Assembly (NCBI GenBank): GCA_051294905.1
Contig: CM119372.1
Span: forward strand, 17,796,001-17,860,000
Direction: 5' to 3'
Length of the DNA: 64,000 nucleotides
Source: Botryllus schlosseri
Taxonomy: Eukaryota
Shown here in pieces: positions 50,774-62,500 of this stretch. The notes under the pieces are model-generated. The model was given only the letters and a program-made list of their open reading frames with translations. It ran no database searches and had not been told where the DNA came from. A program made the translations under genes and the position numbers. Numbering within the stretch: position 1 is the first letter of the stretch; every line of letters begins with the position of its first letter.

Positions 50774-52647
50774 GCTCGTTGGATAAATGTTTATATATAG
50801 CAATATTAATAATACCTTAGAAATATATATGACTTCAGTATTTCGGATATCATTAAAGATCTAATAAACACCTGCATTACTAATGAGTGTGGTATATGGA
50901 CCATATGGTACACACTGTGCCGTACTACACATACACATTATACAACAGTCAGAACAGTGACTAGACTACACGACATAACCGTGGCCTAGTAGGCCATGAC
51001 ATAACACAACTCAAACAAATTTCAAAATTGGTGTAAGAAATAAAAGTGAATCCCATTGTTGTTCCATGTTCGTCTGCCACGTAGATACCTAGAACTACAC
51101 GTCTCATCAAAGACCACTATGTTCTGAAATATCCTGAAGCAACAATTTTCCGGAAATTCATGAACAATTGAACATCAGATTTCGATTTGAAAAGCAATGA
51201 GATCATTACCAGCAATCATAAACAAGCCACGTACTGGGTTGATTATTTTGCATACTTATGTTGCGCATTATCGTAAGTATCAAATCTAGTAGCCTTATCA
51301 CCAATCATTTCGACTGATGAGACTTTATTTTCACCGTAGATATCCATGTACGTCGGGCCGTAACTGCCACACTCCAAACCCCCAATTAGTGAGGACCGAC
51401 ATCGAAGGGGCCTAAAATTATATCGCAGATCAACGTAAATTATAGGAAGTGTCTATTCGTTCGGTCCGTTTATTTTGCGGGAAATTCATACTTCGCAATT
51501 TTCTTTGCGCCTGGCGCGATTTATAGAAATTAAATATCTACTTTTTAATATGTGCACCCTCATCGCCCCACGTAAAAAACACGGATACTAAATAAAACCG
51601 ATAAATACCGCCGCTGAAAGCATCAATAATAAATATGTGGTCCATAGGCGGATGCGCCTAGGTGGCCGGTGCGGAATAGTCATGTGCTTACTATTTGAAG
51701 TCACCATACCTCCCTCAGCTCTACCGAAAAATCAGGTGGGTTGAGACAGGGTGAAAAGTTCATTGCAATATATGCGATTATCAATATTATAGACAAAATT
51801 CAAATCAGAAAATGAATATTTTTTGCGCTTCGCGACACTACGAACATGGTTTTTGAGTGCACTGAAACACCAAAACGTACTGTTATGGTGTCAGCATAGT
51901 GTCCTAGATGGTGTCGACACAAGCAAATCTCACGGCTCAGTGAAATTGTATCACGTCACAATTTCCATTTGGCTACAGGCAATTTGACGGTCATTTTTGA
52001 CCGGCTTGCCGAGCATTAAATTTGGTAACACGAGTATCAATCAAAAGCTGACTCTGCACTGATCACGAAAATATAAATTTTATTCCGCTCGCGGCCCTGG
52101 AACCCCACAATCAGCTCCGAATTTTTCATCGTTTGGAGATTGGCATTGGGACGCAAGCCGTCCGCTCTTTTTCTCTTGAGCTACTCTCTTTTTCTCTTGA
52201 GCTACTCTCTCGTTTCGCCAGACAGCATTGTTGCATCCCAATGCCAATCTCCATAACAATGAAAAATTCGAGGCTGATTGTGGGGGCCGGTTCCAAGGCC
52301 GCGAGCGGAATAAAATTGATATTTTCGTAAACAGTGCAGAGTCAGCTTTCGATTGATACCCGTTTTACCAAATTTAATGCTCTGCAAGCCGGTCAAAAAT
52401 GACCGTCAAATTGCCTGTAGCCAAATTGAAATTGTGACGTGATACAATTTCACTGAGCCGTGAGATTATTGGCTTATGTCGACACCATATAGGACGCTAT
52501 TTACTTCGTTTCCATGCTCGGCCGACGGTCAGCCGAAAGGCCATGACGCATGCGTTGTGCATGTCGGCCGTGTTTCCATGACCAGGCGTAATCCGACCGT
52601 GACTTGGCCGAACTAGGTGGGCGAAGCGATCGCAATGACGTTTTTGG

Positions 52648-53499
52648 TAGGGATGGTGTGAACGTGAGGTTCACGTTCGCGTTCTGTGTGTGAACTTCGG
52701 AAATTTAGAGGTTCGAGTTCACAACAGAACCTTGGTAGGTTCTGCACTGTGAACCTTTTTCATATATTACAATTTTCACTTCATTATAACATCTTTCTTT
52801 GGTTCAAATTTATTGCATTTCAATTGTGGGCCACTCTATGCATGGCGATGGCAGCATTATAAATCAACACTAAACGAGCATGCACCTTGACAATCTCAAA
52901 AGTTGTACTTACTTTGTTACAAAAGTTTGCTCGGAATATCTAACTTTTCATTCGTAAATATTTAGTGACTCTCTGCTGTGAGTTTGACCCGCAATCACCC
53001 AACATCACGAACGAAAGACGTAGTCAGCGAATGATTCTTGTTCAATGTTCAACCAATCAATGAGATTGTTATCGTTTTCTGATGCAAAAAATCTAGCAGG
53101 CGTTACGGGGTCAATCTTAACTGCATCATTATAACCTAATCCGTGCGATTGAGGTGTTGGCTACTGCTATATCTCGTTAATGAGGTCGAAATTGTTGGCA
53201 AAGCGACGAAAGATATTGATTTTAAAGGGATTATTATGTCCTTTGATTGCTCAGTTGATACATTTAGCGACGTTTAAGACGCCAATATGTATTTCGGCAT
53301 CGTGGCATTATGTGGCCCGAGTCGTCGCTAGGTACCGTGTACATTAATATAGGCTATCACTTCACCGAAAGATAGGGTTTGAATTAGCAATATGACGTAA
53401 CGTGACGTCATGAGGCTCACGTTCGTGTTCACACAGAACCTTTAAAAAAGGTTCGCGTTCACACGAACCTGAACCTTTCAGAGGTTCACACCATCCCTA
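52648..53499. mobile_element. hAT (Ac-like TIR) MITE, nested
   Basis: TAGGGATGGTGTGAAC / GTTCACACCATCCCTA; perfect TSD gtttttgg; GTTC/GAAC subterminal repeats. Confidence 0.92.
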
Positions 53500-53510
53500 G
53501 TTTTTGGCTT

Positions 53511-53637
53511 ACTTTATGTAATAATTTCATAATAATCACAAGATTGCGATAAATGACTCGGTAGGAATGAGCCTACTTTATGTAATCATTTCATAATAAT
53601 CACAAGATTTCGATAAATGACTCGGTAGGAATGAGCC
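53511..53637. repeat. Tandem duplication of about 64 bp
   Basis: actttatgtaat..tttcataataatcacaagatt.cgataaatgactcggtaggaatgagcc occurs twice. A second 33-bp tandem pair lies at about 53730-53792. Confidence 0.85.
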
Positions 53638-54522
53638 GAGATGACTTGTAGCGGTCATTCAGTCAAACAACACGCTTTGACCTTGAACACGTAGGCCTAA
53701 ATCCATCCATCATGTAAAATGGTCATGATGGACCAACTGCTTAAAACTAACAGAAGATAGATGAACCAATTGCTTAAAACTAACAGAAGATAAAATAAAA
53801 TGGAAAAAAAGATGAAAATTGGTGGAATATCTTAGTATGTGGGGGATATAGATATGGGATATCGTGGTTCAATAATTTCGAGCGCAGAATAGTAACTTGT
53901 CCAGTAGTCTACCGGTACTACTGTTTCGTCGTCATGATTCAGACATGAACTTCCAGTGTCCTGTTGATGATTTGCTTACAAGGGGAATGTGAATAAGTTC
54001 ACCTAGTTTGTGATCAAACGGTATAGTTTGTATTGTACCCTTGTACCAGAACACAAACCCTCGAATTGTGGCAGCAGCGTATGTGATCATATCGCGAAGA
54101 TTTCGGTAGCCTACGGGTAATTCGTAGCAGTACCGGTACTACTAAATTCCATTGCAATCATAATTAAATTCCGGGTTTTTTCAAGGCGTCCAAGATCCGC
54201 CCGGAGTGCAGCCACAGTTAATTTGATACGAAAAGTGTATTGTAAGTATAGCGAATACCAATTCGCTAATCCAAGACACGGCGCAAGCATGGCCGAAGGG
54301 CTAAGCCGAAGGATTCACTCGATGGCCGACGAGTCGGCCGACGTGGGTGTGCAATCTGCGCATGCGCAACAAAATTCTCTCGTTCGTCGGCCGAATCTCT
54401 CGAAAATGGGCCCATCGGCCGTGCATGGAAACGCAGTTTCTGATTTCACTGAGCCGTGAGATTTGCTTGTGTCGACACCATATAGGACACTATGGTGTTA
54501 GCATCCGACGACGTGGGGGGTC

Positions 54523-54798
54523 GTGTGGCAAGATAGCGCAGTGGTATGATCCGCGGCTGCAACACCAATGGGTGCGGGTTCGAGTCCGACCGAGGTCGAC
54601 TTCCGAATTCCGATACCTAAGTGTTGGAGGTTTACCTAGGCTCCTCCTCGCCACATCATCCGCGTCAGCGGTGTCTTACAAAAGCGTAGAGGTGGGCCGT
54701 GCTATAAGTCGGCAGTTACGGAAAATATGAAGAACATCGGCCTGGTGTAAATGACCATAGCAGTCGACAAACACCATGAATACCCCAAAAACAAACAA
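54523..54798 (+). mobile_element. tRNA-derived SINE, full length
   Basis: Pol III A box TAGCGCAGTGG, B box GGTTCGAGTCC, (AAAC)n tail and 12-bp TSD acgtggggggtc (54511-54522, 54799-54810). Confidence 0.88.
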
Positions 54799-55942
54799 AC
54801 GTGGGGGGTCCGAGGGTCCGGGGCCAAATCCCCTAGAAGTATTTGGCGTGTTTTATCAAATGATCTAATATTGCCATTAATTTACAACTTATTCTAACGA
54901 ATAAACGAAAACCTACTATCTTATACTAGTATGTGACTGCTAATAATAACATTTCCATTATAGGAAATACTCTCGCCGACCTGCTCGCTACAAATTCGAC
55001 AGTTCCAAAGTTTTTTGTCATATTATTCCACAATTTTCAAACTTTAGCATTTAGCAGACAAAGGGTGCGTTTGGTTAAATATTTACGAGCAGAAATTCTC
55101 GCAAAAATCCACAGTGAATCCATCAAATGCGAACCTATTCGCAACAATGGTCCTTTCGAGGGAGATCGCGTAGTGGTGGCCGTCGGCGGACCAGATTCAA
55201 GTCCCGCCGTCAGAGGTTATTCTGGGCTCCTCGTCCCCGCGTCGCTGTTCTTACAGCCACAAAAAAGTCCAGAAAATAACCCAATGAAAAACGAAAAACA
55301 GACAAGAGCAAGAGAGAGCGTCTAACAAAAGATCGACGAATATCCGACACTCGACGAGCATGCTGTACACATTATAATTGAAATATAAGCAATTTCTACT
55401 GAATGAATACTATTGTAAGTCCTCAAGATTACCGGACCACGATCTGACCAATCGATCTCGCCTTCTCTGACATGCCACCTCATTCTGTCGCTTGCTTTTC
55501 TATATTATCTTATTTTACTTTTCATTCAGTATTCATGCATCCTCTTTACATCGCCTAGGTCAGGAGTTGTCAAACTGGAGCATTTTGAGGTGGGCCGCAG
55601 AATTAGTGAAAGTTTAGTTACATTTTTTATGTTTTATTCGCTCAAAAATCGATTCGTATTATGAAATTATACGTAAGCTATTCATTAAACTCATTTTCAT
55701 CCGGCTCTGATGAGACGTTGGCACGTATGGACTGGAGTCATGGTAGTAAAGGGCGCACCACCGCGACGAATCGTATTGGATTTAGGATTTAGCGCAGCAC
55801 ATCAATCTTTGAAGTCCGTTTGAAACGTACGGCCTTGAAATCATTGCACAAAATGTAAGAATAAGAGTCACATGAATTGATTGTATCATTGGAATGAATC
55901 TTCTGATATCGCAACTTTAGTAGGGAAGACATAGGCCTATAC

Positions 55943-56899
55943 CAGTGGTCGGGAACCTTTTTTGTCGGAAGAGCCATATTGGCCCTATTTTTTCGATCTC
56001 CACTACCAAAGAGCCATATATGCCAATCAACTGTTACGTCACAATTTGAAATTCGTGGTGTCATGGTAGCACTAATTCAAACTCACTACATGGGATTTCA
56101 CGTTTGCGCCACGGTGTTTTACAAAAAGCCCAGAAGGGGGCCGTGCTATAAGTTACAGAATAAAAATGGAGAATATCGGCCTGTTGTAAATGACCATAAT
56201 AGTCGACAAACACCATGAATACCTCGAACAAACAAAACAATGAATCGCAATTCATCGTAAGTAGCGTATAATTTATTATTTGTAACTGTTATAAATCGAA
56301 TGTGACTGTCACATTGATTCCGAACATCTAAATACTTATCGACTTCTCAATTCTCAAAGTATTCGGTGGTAACATAACGTTGCGCTACACGCATACATTT
56401 ATCGCCGGTACTACACAGAACGTGAAACGTGGATAGCTATGGCGTTTGTAACTCGAGTTAGTAATTGTGAATCTCACATCCACAACAGTTCATTTCGCGC
56501 CGTAGATCAGGAAGACAATGCGTATTTGGAAACTGCGTTTTGAAATGGGCGTCGCCATGTCTGCTATGCTCTTTGAATCAACGTATTCCACAATTCAAGA
56601 TTTCGATTCGGATACACAGCCCCTCGCCAGGAGGTTTGACTCACAACTGTCACCAGTCACTTCGATGGCGTGGGTTCGAATCCCATCGATGCCACCACGC
56701 CAGGATACAGATTGGCTTTACCTCTCAAAGACATGTTTATACTGCCACGAGAATAATTCTTTTGGCCGTGATGAAAATATACCAACAAGTCGCTGCAATA
56801 TTGATAAATTTAGTACAAAAATAAATATCTGGCAAAGAGCCATATTTTATACCCGAAAGAGCCATATATGGCTCGCGAGCCGTAGGCTCCCGACCACTG
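55943..56899. mobile_element. hAT (Charlie-like) non-autonomous element with nested SINE fragment
   Basis: CAGTGGTCGGGA / TCCCGACCACTG; AGAGCCATAT subterminal repeats; flanks gcctatac / gccatac. A SINE 3' part lies at about 56115-56240. Confidence 0.8.
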
Positions 56900-58020
56900 G
56901 CCATACAGCGTGTACAGTGTACATACAGCGTGCATATTAAAAAATTCTTCCTCCGCGGTCTCTGCAGTATTCCATTCACCAAAGAAATGTTTGAAGCTGG
57001 CTCAGAATGCTGGTTATATTATTCCCCACCATAGTCGAACTAAAACCCCAATCACGCAGTGGATGCGGGGGTTAGATCATTGGTTTCGCGACGTGAATGT
57101 GAGTGGAGCAGCGGACGGCCATAATATACACCAGAATTATACGATCTACCAGTGCCGTAACTTCCGCACCCCAAACCCCCAATTGGGGGAGCTCGAATGG
57201 GCCGAAAACGAATTCGATGGTCATTTCTTTGAGAAGATTTATTTAATCGAATATTTTCGTCGCGCCTGGCGCGATGCAATATTACTGGCGTTCTAGGTTG
57301 AAATATTTTTAGTAGTAAGATAAAATGCGGATGTTTTAGAGAAGTATAGGCATATAGGCGCCGGCGATTACCACGCATTGACTCTAAGGATAAGAGGTGG
57401 GTCACAGAACTTTTTCGAACCACGGCCGAAGAAAGGTTGAGAAACCCTGGCCTAGGCCAAGGCAGATGTCTGATTTCAAAGACTACTCCAAGTCGTTTCG
57501 ACATTGTATTGCAATTTGAACTGAACTGATAAAATTGCAAATATACCGAACCAAAGAAAATCATCAAAAATAATGTGACAGCGGACACTAGGCCGAGGTG
57601 GATGCCAGATCACGAGACCGCAGCTGGTCGGTTCGGTATCTTCCGATCTGTCCATTACATAGCATTGCGTCTTCTATATCGTATTGTAGCCTACATCGTG
57701 TGGGCACATGAAAACTGAATCTGACGATTATTGATAAAGGTTCGCGTCGCAACTACTAAGGTCCGGTAGAGATCCGTGGTTCGTCATTTCTTGGAGCAGG
57801 TTATGTTTATATAGCTCAGTGGTTGAGATTGAGGAGTGAACATTGAACAGAACAATGATCAATTGATCATATCTCTCTCTGGTATGTTGCAGACCATTAT
57901 ACGTTTACAATCTCTGTAGTTGCACTTGTTGGAAAATATACCAGTTCAATTTAGGCAAGTGCTACGGACGAAAAGAAAAGTGAATGAGAGCCTGGATGTA
58001 AAGAGTCGCATACTTGAGTC

Positions 58021-58749
58021 ATGACTTCGTTAGTGTTTTGGGGCTGTTTGTTCACTGCTTTCGGACCAGCTGCATCCATGGTGGTGTTGACGATCGCCAG
58101 ATACCCTCTCCGGGTTATCCTTCTCGTCGTCGGGGCTTTCTTCTGGCTGGTTTCGCTGTTGCTAACATCACTGCTGTGGTTAGCAGTCGTGCCACTCCGT
58201 GAGGAAGCAGCCTTCGGACTATTCATTGGAGTAATGCTCCAAGAAATACTGAGGTTTTCAATGTTAAAACTGATGCACAAAGCAGATGCTGGACTAGAGG
58301 ATTCATTGAGCGAGGAAGAAAAGAAGTCAATCGCCAGACATAGACTGCCTTATGTCATTGGACTCGGATTCGGACTAATGAGTGGATCGTTTTCTATTCT
58401 CAATCTCCTCTCGCTGGCACACGGACCTGGAAATGTTGGAATCAACGGGAATTCTTCCAACTTTTTCCTCATGTCTGCTTTGTTAACTAATGCGTTTGTA
58501 CTTCTGAATACCTTCTGGACCGTAATTGTGTACGATGGATTGTCTAAACGAAAATATTTGTCTGTAATTATTGTGATTTCTTCTCATTTTTTACTTTCTG
58601 GACTTACTCTCCTCAATACTGATGGCGATTTGTATATAATTTCCTTGGTTTTTTCATATGTTTTCCTGTTCTTGATGATGTCATGGTCATTTAAAATTGT
58701 TGGAGGGTCTTTGAACAATCTTAAAACTGTCATCTCATCGCTATGTTGA
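58021..58749 (+). CDS. APH1: Gamma-secretase subunit APH-1; single-exon ORF
   Basis: MTSLVFWGCLFTAFGPA, PLRVILLVVGAFFWLVSLL, LQEILR, the GLGFGLMSG GxxxG motif, GPGNVGI and SHFLLSGLTLLN; multi-pass TM profile. Confidence 0.97.
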   Translation: MTSLVFWGCLFTAFGPAASMVVLTIARYPLRVILLVVGAFFWLVSLLLTSLLWLAVVPLREEAAFGLFIGVMLQEILRFSMLKLMHKADAGLEDSLSEEEKKSIARHRLPYVIGLGFGLMSGSFSILNLLSLAHGPGNVGINGNSSNFFLMSALLTNAFVLLNTFWTVIVYDGLSKRKYLSVIIVISSHFLLSGLTLLNTDGDLYIISLVFSYVFLFLMMSWSFKIVGGSLNNLKTVISSLC

Positions 58750-59344
58750 AAGGATCAAAGCTGAAAGACCAACCACAGTAATAACTTGTAGGCCTGCTGA
58801 TTGTAACATATTTTCATATATAATACCTAATATTCAACTGTTGGGGGTAATAATTAGGCTACTTCATGATTAAGATCAACAGAGAGACATAATTTCTCAT
58901 TGCTGTGTAAGACTCATCACTTCCAGAGCAATGAAGTGAGAAAGATGGTTGTGTCTTGTACATGAGTAATTGCATTATTGTTGCCAGAATCGATAAGCCC
59001 ATATATATTTTTGTCATAATTAGAATGTTGGTATGTTATGATCATGATGTAATTTTTCTAGAATTGATTGTCATGCCCATTGCCATGACCCACCGGATGT
59101 CACACATTTAGATTCAAAACTTTCGTCCAAATTCAATGTGTCGTGAATTACCATATGGGAAAATTGGTAATATTGAAGTTTGATCTGCGTATTGATTCTC
59201 AAATAACATATCTATCAGAAAGAATGCATGAGCAGTACATCTGTATGTTGGCCTACCAGGAGTATTTGTAGAAATTGCAACTAGGGGATTTCAGTGCCCA
59301 TACACTTTCCAATGACCGTTTATCATACAAATTGTTGATGATAT

Positions 59345-59361
59345 CTTTTGTACTCCAGCAG
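59345..59361 (+). promoter_or_regulatory. Tandem CAGCAG splice acceptor upstream of PIGT (candidate trans-splice site)
   Basis: cttttgtactccagcag|G lies about 610 nt after the APH1 stop and about 55 nt before the PIGT ATG. Confidence 0.55.
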
Positions 59362-59415
59362 GTTGAGTAGTTGAATCTTACTTATTTATCAAAATGTGAT
59401 GCAACTGTCGAAACA

Positions 59416-59581
59416 ATGCATAGACTAGATCTCTGTGTGTGTTTGTTTGTGATCATTTGTGGTATAGGCTCTGCGACGGACGTGGCCGAGGAAAGCTTGA
59501 CACTGAAGGTCACAAATCAAGCCCAGCTTTATACAGTTTTCAACTTCTCAGTTATTACAAGCTATGCAGGGGCTGCGGAAG
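59416..59581 (+). CDS. PIGT: PIG-T exon 1
   Basis: MHRLDLCVCLFVIICGIGSA signal peptide, EESLTLK...FNF; donor G|gtaata. Confidence 0.8.
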
Positions 59582-62500
59582 GTAATAATAATACACTCCT
59601 TAATTTTCTTGCTTTGTTATCGCTGTTTGTGTTCGGCGTTGAAGAACCCCTTGAAGGGCCAAATATTCAAACTTATGAGTATGGTACTAAAAAAACAAAT
59701 TGTATTTATTTTTGTGTTACACATGATTTGAGATATATATATTTTCTGGTGTCACAGCCAGAGGTGGTCAGTAATGAAGTACTTCTACTTTTTGAAGTAC
59801 TTGAGGTAGATTTTGCCTACTCGAACTACTTATTGAGTAGTTATGATTTTAGACTACTTCTACTTCTACTTGACAGTTTTCAGTTTCTTATGCAAAAATA
59901 TTTGTGTACAATATCTACTCACTTACTTGTAAACCGCCACTCTTACTTCTACTTGAGTAGAAATTCCGGCGTTACTTCTACTTCCACTTGAGTAGCGGCG
60001 GTGACTACTTTGACCACCTCTGGTCACAGCAAACCGTGAAATTTTGATCTTATCTTTCTTTGTTCCAGGCTACCATTATCACCTTTTCCCCCGAAACATC
60101 GGTAATTTGGTGAAGAAATACAGTGTCGCCGAGTTTCATTTGTCGATGACGCAAGGTCTGTGGAGATATGAAAACTGGGGATATCCGGATTTTTCAGCCC
60201 CACCTGGGGCTCAACTCTGGGTTTGGTTTCAGCATGGTGTGAAAGAGTGAGTCAACGTCTTTATTAAAGGTTCACTGCACTCTAAAAATGATGTGGTCTC
60301 AAATTGAAGGGCAAAACGAAAAAAAATTTGGCCGCAGCCGTTTTTTTCAGAACGCCACCGTAATGGAGCTGCAATTTATTGAAATTTCAATAGCAACTTC
60401 ACGCTGGATCAGTCACGCAGAGATCGAACTTTATATAGTTGTCAGCCGATGTTATGAAGCAAATATGTCGTACATGCCCTATGTCCTAAAGAAATAGAAT
60501 ACACTAGGCCCGATTTTGATATAAATATCCTGACTGAACATCTTCCGTTGAACGCAGTATCTAAACCACCTTGGCGTGTACGACGTATTTTCTTCATAAC
60601 AACTGACAACTATATAAAGTTCGATCTCTGCGTGACTGATGGAGCATGAAGTTGCTATTGAAATTTCAATAAACTGTAGCTCAATTACGGTGGCGTTCTG
60701 AAGAAAACAGCTGCGGCCAAAATTAGTTTGTCGTTTTGCCCTTCAATTTGAGACCACATAATTTTTAGAGTGCAGTGCCCCTTTAACTAGATATCGTGAA
60801 TGTGGTCTCTAAACATTTTTTGTTACACGTAATGTGCTTTAATATTGACTAGGGTAGATTGGTCTGGCATCTAGGGTAGGTTGTCTCGATGCCTACCTTT
60901 GTCATCATAATATAATTTGTGCAGCAGCGGTATCTCTTGAGATACTTGAAAGTTATGAGCATACATGAAATTCAAGCGATAAAATATCTTGCTCAATTCT
61001 AGAATCCAGTATTTGTGCTATCTCTCACCCAACCACTTACCACCAACACATAGCCATCCTAAATACTTCAGGGTTATGCGAAATAATTCTTGTTGTTTTC
61101 CCCGTTACGCATTGACTGCACTAGATGTGTGATGTCTTGAAAATCTCTTGCATGGTCGAAGGCCCAACAGCATGAAACTACTCACTATAGTCTATAGGTG
61201 CTTGATTTTGATTTGATTAAAATTATAGTTTTAAATTTTGATTAAAGATGTATTTTCACGTTGGAAAACCGTTTGTGTATTTTTGTCCAGTGTTGATGCA
61301 GCTTGGAGAGGTTTCGCCAACGCGCTATCTGGATTGCTCTGCGCTTCGCTGAATTTCATCGGTAAAACCGAAACTGTGATCCCAGAGCTATCATTTCAGC
61401 CAGAAGGCTATCTGTCAGGTATAAGCTTGAAATGAAATTTCGTCTTTCGTAAATCCGATGGCCAATTTTCAAATAGGCGAAAATAGGCATTATATAAGGT
61501 ATGCAGTACTGCCGAGGGAGAATCTATGCACTGAAAACCTCACACCTTGGTTGAAGCTGCTTCCTTGTGGATCAAACGTGAGTTTTGCCAGTTGATGAGT
61601 TTTGGTTGTGGCTCGGCCGTGATTCGATTGTGTTTAGAGTCCTTACTTGCAATTCTGTATGATATACACAGATGTGGTCAAAGTAGTCAGCGTTTCCACT
61701 CAAGTAGGAGTAGCATTTTTAAGACCTGTCCAAATTACTTCAAGTAGAACTAGAAAATGAAAGGTTTGAAAAGAAATCAATCTATTTCAAAAATTAGCGA
61801 GCCATCAAAGGGTCACACATCTGTTGTAGTTGATCAAAAGTGGCTACTTTCGAAGAAAAAAAATGGTAACTGTGCATTGGTGGAATCCTCGGAAGTATAT
61901 TTTTAGTATCTGTGCTACAGCCGGGTTCGATTTTACACGGTTCTTATGATAATGTCACTCATGAGTGATGTAAACTCATTCTGACACTACTTTCAACTTT
62001 CTAAAATCCAAATTCAAAAAAGTAAGCAGTATTGCAGAAGAACAGTACAATTAGAAGTGGCTCGTGCAGGCAAAAGATTGTAAAAGGAGAAGTACTTCGT
62101 TACTGACCACCTTTGGATATACCTATTTGAAAGATCCGTCCACAAGCTGTACTATTGCTGTATGACTGCTAGCATATTGTCAATACTTGTCTAAATGCAA
62201 TTTTCGGAATACTCTGGTTCATAGAATTATAGAGTGCCATAACAGCACCAGTAATGAGGTTTGGAACAATATCGATATTTAATGCGATCCGAAAAATGTA
62301 ACGAATATTTTACTATCACAGAACGGGATATCACGCTTGATTGACCCGGCAAATCTTCACCATAGCAGATTTCTTTCGCTCGGACTGGACTTCAAATACA
62401 CCTGCACGGAGGTGAGAATTTACTGTGCTACATAGGGCTCTGTCATGTAGATGTAGCAGCCTGAGCTAGATCCACTACTTGGGCTTGAGTACTGACAGTA

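Larger units (their letters stand above)
52503..54438. mobile_element. TIR element, possibly PIF/Harbinger-like, non-autonomous
   Basis: ACTTCGTTTCCATGCTCGGCCGACGG / CCATCGGCCGTGCATGGAAACGCAGT; CGGCCG-rich subtermini; TSD not clean. Confidence 0.7.
51895..54494. mobile_element. Foldback element family B (Galileo/P-like): complete hairpin 51895-52500 plus a duplicated right end after nested inserts
   Basis: CATAGTGTCCTAGATGGTGTCGACAC / GTGTCGACACCATATAGGACACTATG; arms about 250 bp; 7-bp flanks gtgtcag / gtgttag. Confidence 0.82.

Noticed and set aside
54523..54600. tRNA gene
   Set aside because: A and B boxes are present but no convincing acceptor stem was found, and it is followed by a SINE body, tail and TSD. 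Likewise the isolated B-box-like motif at about 56670 and the A-box-like motif at about 57810 lack partners.
59582..59991. 206-aa ORF 59371-59991 as a separate membrane protein
   Set aside because: Only 59416-59581 is PIGT exon 1; the rest is intron and MITE read-through.
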